A DNA stretch of 41,233 nt. Source: a virus. Within the stretch, counting starts at the first letter, position 1; each line of letters opens with the position of its first letter. Under the pieces are notes generated by a model. That model searched no databases, was not told the DNA's origin, and saw nothing but the letters and a program-made list of their open reading frames with translations. This document shows positions 26,120 to 33,668 of this stretch, piece after piece. The stretch is from IMG/VR virus record IMGVR_UViG_2576861615_000004, positions 1 through 41,233 of that record; one strand, written 5' to 3'. The position numbers and the translations under genes were made by a program.

Positions 26120-26424
26120 CGCGTCCCCGCTCACGCTGGCCCCTTCTCCGACGCTTGCTGATCGATCATCGCAGCCCGATTGCGCGACTCGCGTATCGAC
26201 ACAACTTTCGATGGGTCGATTGGCTTCAGGAGGCGTATATGCGTCGACTAATCCGCGCCGGCACCGAACCCGACTTTGTTGTCGGCCCGGATGGGCGCGT
26301 CATTCCCCGTCGTCGATCGGTATCAATCCCGCCTTCTTTGCTTGCTTCTCGAGATCGTCGTAATCGAGCTCCATCGTCCGACGACATTCCGGGCACCAGA
26401 CCGGCGGATCTAAGCGGCCATTGA
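26116..26424 (+). CDS. hypothetical early protein (102 aa)
   Basis: The ATG overlaps the cro stop (ATGA). Third-position GC is moderate for the first ~60 codons and drops in the last ~40 codons, where the ORF overlaps a better-supported minus-strand gene. Confidence 0.45.
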   Translation: MTRPRSRWPLLRRLLIDHRSPIARLAYRHNFRWVDWLQEAYMRRLIRAGTEPDFVVGPDGRVIPRRRSVSIPPSLLASRDRRNRAPSSDDIPGTRPADLSGH

Positions 26425-26500
26425 GCGCGCGCTCAATGGTCTCCTTGCGCACGAACCCGCAGAAATTGCAGCGGAAATCGTAAGGGTGGTTTGTGTCCAT
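26300..26500 (-). CDS. zinc-ribbon micro-protein (66 aa), antisense to the early-right operon
   Basis: MDTNHPYDFRCNFCGF...VWCPECRR carries CxxC-x21-CxxC. A GGAG SD lies 8 nt upstream of the ATG at 26500. Third-position GC is about 72 percent, higher than the overlapping plus frame. Confidence 0.65.
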   Translation of the reverse strand: MDTNHPYDFRCNFCGFVRKETIERALNGRLDPPVWCPECRRTMELDYDDLEKQAKKAGLIPIDDGE

Positions 26501-26589
26501 AAATCCGGCTCCGTTGATCGAGTGAGTGAATGTTATTCGATCCGGAGTTCGGTTAACAGCATGAAAAACGGTGAAATTCAAGGGTAAAA

Positions 26590-27096
26590 ATGGCTCACCA
26601 ATACAGCGATTCCGAATGGACCGACGTGCTTTATAAATCGGTCTCAAAAACCCCGGGGAAGGTTGGAGACGCGGCACGCTATCTGAGCGAGCGCCGCGGG
26701 ATTCACATCACCGGGGAATCATTGCGACTCAAGCTGCGCGAAGTCGAGGGCGCGCGCATCACGGGCGAGATGTTCGAAATGTTGATCGAGTGGATGCAGG
26801 AAAAAAATCAGCCCCATGCGCTCGACGCACTGCACGCACTCAATGCGCGATTCGGCCTAGTCGCCGGCGCGCCGATTCAGCGCGAAAGCAGTTCGGATAT
26901 TTCGGCGCTTGTGTCGGCCGCGTTGGTGGTCAGTACTTACGCCGGTCGGTTTGCCGAGGAGATTCACAAGGCCGTTGAAGACGGCGTGATTAAGCAGTAC
27001 GAAGTGGAGGCCATCGAGCGCGCCGCGCGCGAAAGCCAGCGTCAAATCGAGGTCGCCGTGTGTACTGCACGCGCCTTGGTCGTCAATCCGCGCTAA
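26590..27096 (+). CDS. early regulatory protein candidate (CII-like by size and position)
   Basis: The 168-aa ORF lies between cro and the replication genes. Its size and location resemble coliphage 186 CII-type lysogeny regulators. The functional call is tentative. Confidence 0.55.
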   Translation: MAHQYSDSEWTDVLYKSVSKTPGKVGDAARYLSERRGIHITGESLRLKLREVEGARITGEMFEMLIEWMQEKNQPHALDALHALNARFGLVAGAPIQRESSSDISALVSAALVVSTYAGRFAEEIHKAVEDGVIKQYEVEAIERAARESQRQIEVAVCTARALVVNPR

Positions 27097-27123
27097 CGCG
27101 CTTCCGAAGCTTTTGGGGAAACA

Positions 27124-28491
27124 ATGGGCGCCAGCCATGAGGCTGAGGCGCGCGGGGTAATTGCGTCCGTAGAATCCGAGCAGGCGGTGCTAGGCGCGCT
27201 CATGCTCGACAACGGCGCATACGACCTGATCGCCGCGGAACTGTCCGCAGACGATTTCACGGTCGGCGACCATCGCGCGATCTTCACCGCAATTCAACAT
27301 CTGATCGTCAGCTCGCGCCCGGCTGACGTGCTGACCGTTTTCGAGCAGCTGCGCGCAACGCATGCGAAGGTTTCGGAGCCCCTCCGATACCTCAACGACC
27401 TTGTAAATTCGACGCCGAGCTCGGCCAACCTGAGCCGATACGCGGACATCGTTCGGTCGCGCTCGCAGCTGCGCGGCGCGGTGCGCGCCGCTCGGGCCGT
27501 GATCGATCAATGTCACAACACGAACGGGCGCGAGGCGACCGAGATTATCGATTCGGCGCAGGCGGCTTTTCTGCGGCTTTCCGATCGCGGCCAGCGCGCG
27601 GCGGACAGTTTTCAGCCAATGCAGCCAGCATTGACGCGCGTGGTCGAGCGTATCGACGAGCTGTTCCACCGCGAGGACCGCGGCGGGATTACCGGAACGC
27701 CGACAGGATTTGTCGACTTAGACGGGCGACTCGACGGCATGCACGGCGGTGAGCTGATTATCGTCGGCGGACGGCCGTCGATGGGAAAGACCTCGCTCGC
27801 AATGAATATCGCCGAGCATGTCGCCATCGTATCGAGATTGCCCGTTGGCGTCTTGTCGCTGGAAATGCCGACCGAACAGTTGACCATGCGCATGCTGGCG
27901 TCGACGTCCCGTATCAGCCAAAACAGGCTGCGAACCGGTCGCCTCGAGGATGACGACTGGCCACGCCTGACGCGCGGCGTCGAGCTTATGGCCGACGCGC
28001 CCGTGCATATTCTCGATAGTTCCGCCATCACCCCGTCGAAATTCAAGTCTGAGTTGCGGCGCTTGTATCGCGAATGCGGCAGGCTCGGGCTGATTGTCGT
28101 CGACTACCTGCAGCTGATGTCGGGCGACGGCGGCGGATCGGAAATGCGGGCCACCGAAGTCGCCGAAATATCGCGTGCACTCAAACAAATCGCGAAAGAA
28201 CTCGACGTCCCGATCATTGCGCTGTCGCAGCTCAACCGAGGGCTCGAGAATCGTCCAAACAAGCGGCCCGTCATGTCGGACCTGCGCGAGTCGGGTGCGA
28301 TCGAGCAGGACGCAGACGTGATCCTCTTTATCTACCGCGATGAGGTCTACAACCCCGACAGCGCGGATCGCGGCACGGCCGAAATCATCATTGCGAAGCA
28401 GCGAAATGGGCCGATCGGCACCGTGCGCCTCGCATTCCAGAATGCAACGACTCGGTTCGAGAATTTCGCCGAGCCGACATCAAGTTACTGA
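27124..28491 (+). CDS. dnaB: replicative DNA helicase DnaB
   Basis: The N-terminal domain has SEQAVLGALMLDN. Walker A is GGRPSMGKTS, Walker B is LIVVDYLQLM, and SQLNRGLE..RP..SDLRESGAIEQDAD is also present. Confidence 0.97.
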   Translation: MGASHEAEARGVIASVESEQAVLGALMLDNGAYDLIAAELSADDFTVGDHRAIFTAIQHLIVSSRPADVLTVFEQLRATHAKVSEPLRYLNDLVNSTPSSANLSRYADIVRSRSQLRGAVRAARAVIDQCHNTNGREATEIIDSAQAAFLRLSDRGQRAADSFQPMQPALTRVVERIDELFHREDRGGITGTPTGFVDLDGRLDGMHGGELIIVGGRPSMGKTSLAMNIAEHVAIVSRLPVGVLSLEMPTEQLTMRMLASTSRISQNRLRTGRLEDDDWPRLTRGVELMADAPVHILDSSAITPSKFKSELRRLYRECGRLGLIVVDYLQLMSGDGGGSEMRATEVAEISRALKQIAKELDVPIIALSQLNRGLENRPNKRPVMSDLRESGAIEQDADVILFIYRDEVYNPDSADRGTAEIIIAKQRNGPIGTVRLAFQNATTRFENFAEPTSSY

Positions 28492-28496
28492 CCTGT

Positions 28497-29576
28497 ATGA
28501 AAACCGTTTCTCCTTTTTACTCCTGGCGCCGCGCGATGATGTCCAGCGCGCTGCCGTCGACGACGAAGCTCGTGCTGTTCGTTGTGGCGGAATATTCGAA
28601 CGGGATGGACGGCACCTGCTGGCCGTCACTCGAAACCATTGCGGAGAAAGCCACGCTTTCAATTCGCGCGGTGACGAAGCATCTTGGCATCGCTGCAGAG
28701 TTCGGATGGCTGACTAGTTGGCGTTCGCGCCGGCCGGATCGGAGGTGGGCGCATGCGCACTATCGACTGTCGATTCCGGAGGACGTTGCGCTCCAACAGC
28801 GCGATGCGATCGACCTCGATCTCGCTGCAGCCGATGACGAACTGGCGGTCGGAGGCCCGGAACGTGGTGCCGAGACTGCACAAAAAGTAGGCAAATCGGC
28901 ACCACGTGCCAGTAACTCCGGCGAATCACTGGCACGTGGTGCCAGTAACTCCGCTTCGGCGCCGGAACGTGGTGCCAGTGAAGACGCTCAGAGGCCGGAA
29001 TCCGCCGATCCGGTAGAAAGTTCCTGGCACCACGTTCCAACTAACTACCCAGTAAACAGAAATACGAGTAAACCCTCTCTCTATCAAACCACGGTGGTTA
29101 GCACAGGCAGCGGCGAACAGAGAGAAAAACCCTGTGACGGAGATTTTTCGTTCGCTCGGTGGATGCTCGATAGGCTGCGTGCTGACGATCCCGGGTTTCC
29201 TGCGCCGAATCTCGACGAGTGGGCGGCCGACGTCGCGGCGATGATTCGCGCCGACGGCAGATCGGTCGATGCGATGGCGAGGCTCGCCGGCTATGCGCTG
29301 CGCGACAAGTTTTGGAAGCGGGTCATCACGTCGCCGGCACGCCTGCGAAAGAACTGGGAGGAATTGCGGCGCAGGCGCAACGCGGCGATCGAATCGAAGG
29401 CTGCAGCGTCGGCGCCGGCCGCTGTCGCGAGTCACGCCTCTTCCGGTGCTGGCGATCGTCAGTGCGCGCACGTCGAGGCCGGTTGCCGCTGCGCGAATCC
29501 AGCAACAACTCTCATCGGTGCCGGCTCGTCGCAGCGCGGCTATTGCCGAAAGCACATCGGCCATTACGAGGATTAA
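28497..29576 (+). CDS. replication initiator (lambda O-like role; N-terminal winged-HTH), carries the origin iterons
   Basis: The N-terminus LPSTTKLVLFVVAEYSNGMDGTCWPSLETIAEKATLSIRAVTKHL is typical of HTH replication proteins. The central region encodes the iteron array. The C-terminus has a Cys/His cluster. Confidence 0.8.
   Translation: MKTVSPFYSWRRAMMSSALPSTTKLVLFVVAEYSNGMDGTCWPSLETIAEKATLSIRAVTKHLGIAAEFGWLTSWRSRRPDRRWAHAHYRLSIPEDVALQQRDAIDLDLAAADDELAVGGPERGAETAQKVGKSAPRASNSGESLARGASNSASAPERGASEDAQRPESADPVESSWHHVPTNYPVNRNTSKPSLYQTTVVSTGSGEQREKPCDGDFSFARWMLDRLRADDPGFPAPNLDEWAADVAAMIRADGRSVDAMARLAGYALRDKFWKRVITSPARLRKNWEELRRRRNAAIESKAAASAPAAVASHASSGAGDRQCAHVEAGCRCANPATTLIGAGSSQRGYCRKHIGHYED
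28859..29038. repeat. origin iterons: five copies of GG(A/C)ACGTGGTGCC
   Basis: Copies lie at 28859-28871 (+), 28898-28910 (inverted), 28931-28943 (+), 28964-28976 (+) and 29026-29038 (inverted). The three central copies are spaced 33 bp apart. An AT-richer stretch follows at 29040-29100. Confidence 0.75.
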
Positions 29577-29586
29577 CGGGGGAATC

Positions 29587-29994
29587 ATGACAATCGAAAA
29601 GCGATTGGAGAATTGGGCGCGCGCGCAGCGCAATGGTGCAGGTGGAGACGGCGGACGCGACTCACTTGTCGCGAGTATCTACTTCCCGACGGTGCCGGGC
29701 CGCACGGTTGATGCCACCATCGACCTTGAGGATGCGAGTCGCGTTGAGGCTGCGGTGCGGAAGATCATGTTGCTCGACCGAAAGGTGCTTCAGATGCACT
29801 TCGTATGGAATGCTCCGCCGCCGGTGATCTGTCGGAAATTGGGGTTGAAGGTGCGTCCGACGTCAGTGTTCGATCTGGCGTTGGTGCACGCAAAGCGAGC
29901 CGTTGAAGAAAAGTTGGTCACACCGGCTCCGCGGTACTTGTCGATGCAGTACGTGATCGATCGAATGAAGGGGGGTATTGCGGAAACGAAATAG
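29587..29994 (+). CDS. late-gene antiterminator Q-like protein
   Basis: The 135-aa product is MTIEKRLENWARAQRNG...IDLEDASRVEAAVRKIMLLDRKVLQMHFV. It is the last gene of the early-right operon, directly upstream of a hairpin and terminator region and the late genes. The track ORF from 29269 overlaps the replication gene. Confidence 0.55.
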   Translation: MTIEKRLENWARAQRNGAGGDGGRDSLVASIYFPTVPGRTVDATIDLEDASRVEAAVRKIMLLDRKVLQMHFVWNAPPPVICRKLGLKVRPTSVFDLALVHAKRAVEEKLVTPAPRYLSMQYVIDRMKGGIAETK

Positions 29995-30087
29995 CTGGTC
30001 TAAACTCCGCTCACAATCTGATTCCGGTTCCTACCGAGTGATGCGGCCTTAGCCGGGCTGCATCACGTCCGAAGGGATCAACTCGAA

Positions 30088-30117
30088 GCCCTGAGTGCGA
30101 AAGCCTCGGGGCTTTTT
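30088..30117 (+). terminator. intrinsic terminator downstream of Q (tR'-like)
   Basis: Stem gccctgag/ctcggggc (one G-U pair) with an inner gc-GAAA-gc tetraloop, followed by ttttt. A long hairpin precedes it at 30038-30066 (gtgatgc...gcatcac). Confidence 0.7.
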
Positions 30118-30148
30118 GCATTGGGTTCGCGAAAAGGAGGGGTTTGCT

Positions 30149-30382
30149 GTGCTTCGTGAATTGTTGATCGCACGGAAGTGCGTCATCGATGGCCCCGCCG
30201 CACTGACCATTCGTGAGCGAATCGCGGTGGGTGCCGATCCGTGGATCGATGCGAGTGGCGATGCGGTGCGACGCGCCAGTTGGCGCGTCATCGAACGCGC
30301 GCTACGCGACGATCTGCAAGAGCATTTCGTCGAGCGTATCGATGGTGATCGTGCCATCGTTGACAAGTCGCTCGGTAAGTAG
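30149..30382 (+). CDS. hypothetical protein (77 aa)
   Basis: A GTG start has a strong SD (AAGGAGG) 8 nt upstream. Its 3' end overlaps a convergent minus-strand ORF by 81 nt. Confidence 0.5.
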   Translation: MLRELLIARKCVIDGPAALTIRERIAVGADPWIDASGDAVRRASWRVIERALRDDLQEHFVERIDGDRAIVDKSLGK

Positions 30383-30532
30383 TGCTACAAGCTTTGCGGT
30401 ACGTGCTTGGATCGGATCGATCGACCCTTGCTTTCCCCGTTGGCTGTCGGTCAGTGTGTAAAACACGCGTCGCGATGTTTCGATGCCGTCTTCCTTGTAT
30501 GTCCTGTCGCGCAGCAGCTCGTCTTTTGTCAC
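30302..30532 (-). CDS. hypothetical protein (76 aa), convergent with 30149..30382
   Basis: GTG at 30532 is preceded by a GGAGA SD. The product is VTKDELLRDRTYKEDGIETSRRVFYTLTDSQRGKQG.... The longer track ORF from 30709 overlaps the HNH gene. Confidence 0.45.
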   Translation of the reverse strand: MTKDELLRDRTYKEDGIETSRRVFYTLTDSQRGKQGSIDPIQARTAKLVALLTERLVNDGTITIDTLDEMLLQIVA

Positions 30533-30577
30533 GTCGGTCTCCGTGGTGTGAGTCGATGAATAACCGGAAATCGTACC

Positions 30578-31012
30578 ATGCCAAAGAAAGCGCCAACGCC
30601 GTGCAGGCATCGCGGCTGCGGTCGACTCGTCGACTCGCCGGGATTCTGCGAAGAACACAAGGCGGATGCAGTAGGTTGGAGGCCGGATCGCGAACGGCGC
30701 AATCGCCATGCGCGCGGCTTCGGTTTGAACTGGGAGCGCACGCGCGCCGAGATCATGAAGCGCGACAAAGGCTTGTGCCAGTCGTGCTTACGTGCCGGCC
30801 GCGTCGTGCTCGCGACGTCGGTCGACCACATCGTCAACCGCGCCGAAGGGGGCGGCGACGATCACTCGAATCTCGAAGCGCTGTGCGATCCATGCCATAA
30901 GGCGAAGACGGCGAAGGAAGCCGCCCGCGCTCGAGCGCGTCGACGGCGCGCGGGCCGGAGGGCGCCCGGGGTCGACGGGGCCCTCGACTGCTGGCCGACG
31001 CCCGGGGGGTAG
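30578..31012 (+). CDS. HNH endonuclease (packaging-associated)
   Basis: The Cys-rich N-terminus is CRHRGCGRLV..GFC. The HNH core is CQSC...DHIVNRAEGGGDDHSNLEALCDPCH. Its position directly upstream of terS is as in HK97-like cos phages. Confidence 0.9.
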   Translation: MPKKAPTPCRHRGCGRLVDSPGFCEEHKADAVGWRPDRERRNRHARGFGLNWERTRAEIMKRDKGLCQSCLRAGRVVLATSVDHIVNRAEGGGDDHSNLEALCDPCHKAKTAKEAARARARRRRAGRRAPGVDGALDCWPTPGG

Positions 31013-31117
31013 GGGGTTCAATCTCTGCCGCCTCTCTGCGCTCGACCGCACGTTCAGCTTCGATTTTATGGCGACCATTTTTCAGAGAGGGGGGGGGTTA
31101 AGACCTTCGCCTTGTAG

Positions 31118-31160
31118 AGCCGATGAAACAAGCCGATCCGGCTTTTTCGTCGGCTTTTTC
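31118..31160 (+). terminator. nested hairpin with T-tracts upstream of terS (terminator-like; inside the candidate cos region)
   Basis: The outer stem agccga/tcggct encloses the inner stem aagccg/cggctt, and each is followed by a T run. A run of 9 G lies at 31089-31097. Confidence 0.45.
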
Positions 31161-31174
31161 TTTGGGAGGGCTCT

Positions 31175-31678
31175 ATGGCCTCGTATGACGACGAAAACGA
31201 CGCGTCGAACGCGCCGGCCACGTCGGACCCTGTCGCGTCGGTTGGAAAGCAAATCCAGTCGCCGAAGCCGCCGCCCGGTGTGCACTTCGACTCTCAGCAC
31301 CGCAAGGTTTGGGACTACCTGTGCGCGGCGCTGCGGGATGAGGGCGTGCCGCATCGTACAGCGGGCGTCGCGCTCGCGATCGTCTGTACTGACTTCGTGC
31401 GCTGGGTGAAAACCGAGGTGCAACTGCGCGACTACGAGCGCATCAACAACGGGTCGTTCATGACGACGACGCCGAACGGTCACTCGCAGCCGCACCAGCT
31501 TTACTACGCGGCCAAGGCGTTGAAAGAGGGGTTGCTCAAGTGTCTGCCGGAAGCATGTTTGACGCTGCCGTCGATGCTGATCGCGAAATCGAAGATGCAG
31601 GACGAGAATCCGCAGGACGATTTGTTCGATCAACTGACGGGACACGCACAGTCCCATCCGAGCGCCTTGCACGTCTGA
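31175..31678 (+). CDS. terS: terminase small subunit (P27/HK97-type)
   Basis: A GGGAGGG SD precedes the start. The 167-aa product contains HFDSQHRKVWDYLCAAL...PNGHSQPHQLYY...LLKCLPE, typical of the P27-family small terminase. It lies directly before terL. Confidence 0.8.
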   Translation: MASYDDENDASNAPATSDPVASVGKQIQSPKPPPGVHFDSQHRKVWDYLCAALRDEGVPHRTAGVALAIVCTDFVRWVKTEVQLRDYERINNGSFMTTTPNGHSQPHQLYYAAKALKEGLLKCLPEACLTLPSMLIAKSKMQDENPQDDLFDQLTGHAQSHPSALHV

Positions 31679-33375
31679 CGCCGGCCGAGCCGCAGCGGTG
31701 GGACATCGATTACGGCCTCCCGGTGTTGCGCGGTGAAATTGTTGTCGGCGAGTTCGTCTTTCTCGCGGTGCTGCGGCATTACGAGGATCTGGTCGACGGG
31801 CCGGCGCGCGGGCTGGTGTTCAGTCCCGCCCACGCCTGGCACTGCATCAACTACATCGAGTCGACGTTCTTTCACATCAAGGGCGCGCTCGCCGGCCAGT
31901 GCTTGACGCTCGATCCGTGGCAGTTGTTCTTCACGGCGGTGCTGATCGGCTGGCGCCGGGCGGGTTCCGGCCTGCGCCGGTTCCGTGTCGGCTACGAGGA
32001 AGTCGCCCGGAAAAACGGCAAGTCGACGTGGAAAGCCGGCCTGGCCGATTACCTGTTTCTGATGGACAGGGAGATCGGCCCGGAGGTGTACACCATCGCG
32101 ACGACGCGCGAGCAGGCAATGAGCGTGTTCAAGCCGGCGCTCGACAACTACAAGCGTCGGCACCGGCGATCGAAGAAATTCGCGAAGGTCGTGCGGATCT
32201 ACGACGGCGCGAACCAGGAGCGCATCGCGGTCGGCAGCGGCGTGTTCAAGCCGCTGCCTGCAAACGCCGAATCGCTCGACGGTCTGAACCCGTCGGTTTG
32301 CGTCGTCGACGAGCTGCACGCGCATCCGACGCGTGAGGTGTGGGACGTGATGGAGTCAGCGTTCGGCGCACGGCTTCAACCGCTGCTGATCGCGATCACG
32401 ACGGCCGGCTACATTCTCGACGGTATCTGTACCGAGATCCGCGGCTATCTCGTCGCGATCCTCCGCGGACAGAAAACGGACGACGCGTTTTTCGGCTTCA
32501 TTTTCACGCTGGACGTAGGCGACGATCCGTTCGATCCGAAGGTGTGGATCAAGTCGAATCCGAGCCTCGGCAGCGCGAAGACCCGCGATTACATGGTCGC
32601 GCAGTCGACGAAGGCGCGGGAATTGCCGAGCGCGAAGGCAAATTTTCTGACGAAAGACTTGAACGTGTGGGTCAGTTCGGCTCTCACCTGGTTCGACGTC
32701 AACGTGTGGGATGAGGGCGGAGAAGAATTCGATCCGCGCCAGCTGCGCGGCCGGCGTTGCTTCGCGAGCCTTGACCTTGCCAGCACGACCGATATCACGG
32801 CGCTCGTACTCGTATTTCCGCCGATGGACGACGATGACGAGTGGTTCGTCATCGCTCATTGCTTCGTGCCGCGCGCCAAGGTCGACGGACAGTCACGCAG
32901 CGACATGGCGCCCTATGCGAAATGGGAGCGCGAGGGGTGGCTGACCGTTACGGAGGGTGACGTGCTCGACTTCAACGTCGTGCGCGAGGCGGTGATCGAG
33001 GCGCGCGACACGTACGAGCTGGTTGAGTGCGGCTTCGACGTGTGGAACGCAACGCACCTTGCCAACGAGCTGATCGAGGAAGACGTGCCGATGGTGCAGG
33101 TGCCGCAGAGCGTCGCCGGCCTGTCGCCGGGTGCGAAATTGCTCGAGCGGCTTGTGTACGGCAAGAAATGGCGGCACGGCGGCAATCCAGTGTACCGATG
33201 GTGCGCACAAAACGTTGCCCTCTACATCGACGGTAACGAAAACATTAAGCCGGACAAGAAGCGATCCAGCGGTCGTATCGATCCGATCGTCGCGACCTGC
33301 GGTGCGCTCAGTCGCGCGCTGTTGCATGAATCGCCGAACGATCCGTACGCGGAGCGCGGTCTCAGGAGTCTGTAA
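31540..33375 (+). CDS. terL: terminase large subunit (HK97/Terminase_1 type); start uncertain
   Basis: Contains VARKNGKSTW (Walker A-like), VVDELHAH, and a C-terminal nuclease region. The only ATG/GTG starts (31540, 31555) lie 124-139 nt inside terS, where this frame has low third-position GC. The coding signal begins near 31675, a CTG within a CTGA overlap. Confidence 0.9.
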   Translation: MSAGSMFDAAVDADREIEDAGRESAGRFVRSTDGTRTVPSERLARLTPAEPQRWDIDYGLPVLRGEIVVGEFVFLAVLRHYEDLVDGPARGLVFSPAHAWHCINYIESTFFHIKGALAGQCLTLDPWQLFFTAVLIGWRRAGSGLRRFRVGYEEVARKNGKSTWKAGLADYLFLMDREIGPEVYTIATTREQAMSVFKPALDNYKRRHRRSKKFAKVVRIYDGANQERIAVGSGVFKPLPANAESLDGLNPSVCVVDELHAHPTREVWDVMESAFGARLQPLLIAITTAGYILDGICTEIRGYLVAILRGQKTDDAFFGFIFTLDVGDDPFDPKVWIKSNPSLGSAKTRDYMVAQSTKARELPSAKANFLTKDLNVWVSSALTWFDVNVWDEGGEEFDPRQLRGRRCFASLDLASTTDITALVLVFPPMDDDDEWFVIAHCFVPRAKVDGQSRSDMAPYAKWEREGWLTVTEGDVLDFNVVREAVIEARDTYELVECGFDVWNATHLANELIEEDVPMVQVPQSVAGLSPGAKLLERLVYGKKWRHGGNPVYRWCAQNVALYIDGNENIKPDKKRSSGRIDPIVATCGALSRALLHESPNDPYAERGLRSL

Positions 33376-33668
33376 TGCGTGAAATTTTCATCCGTATCCG
33401 GCGCGCGCTGGAGGCTTTGTCGCGCCCGCGTCCGCCGTTACGCATCGTGCAACGTCAGCCCGTTGGGGACGACGGCGCACTGCAGCTGGAAGACGGCGAC
33501 ATTGTTGTTGTTCGTTGCAGTGCGGAGCCGTCGAACGAGTTGCGCGCCATCCTCGAGCGGCAATTTGCGGCGGCGTTTCCACGTGATGTTCGTGTGGTCG
33601 TGCTTGGGCCGGGCATTGATTTCGATGTGTTGACGTCCGAGGCCGTCGTAGCGCGCGAGGTGGCGTGA
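33375..33668 (+). CDS. hypothetical protein (97 aa) between terL and portal
   Basis: The ATG overlaps the terL stop (TAATG), and its stop overlaps the portal start. Confidence 0.65.
   Translation: MREIFIRIRRALEALSRPRPPLRIVQRQPVGDDGALQLEDGDIVVVRCSAEPSNELRAILERQFAAAFPRDVRVVVLGPGIDFDVLTSEAVVAREVA

Noticed and set aside
28859-29038. Possible CRISPR-like array, given short repeats with regular spacing
   Set aside because: The repeats are only 13 bp long, in mixed orientation and inside an intact ORF. The regular 33-bp phasing and AT-rich flank fit origin iterons, not a CRISPR array.
30049-30366. 105-aa minus-strand ORF across the tR'-like terminator region
   Set aside because: The product is Ser/Arg-rich with no SD. 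It spans the terminator hairpin and lies antisense to a plus ORF that has a strong AAGGAGG site.
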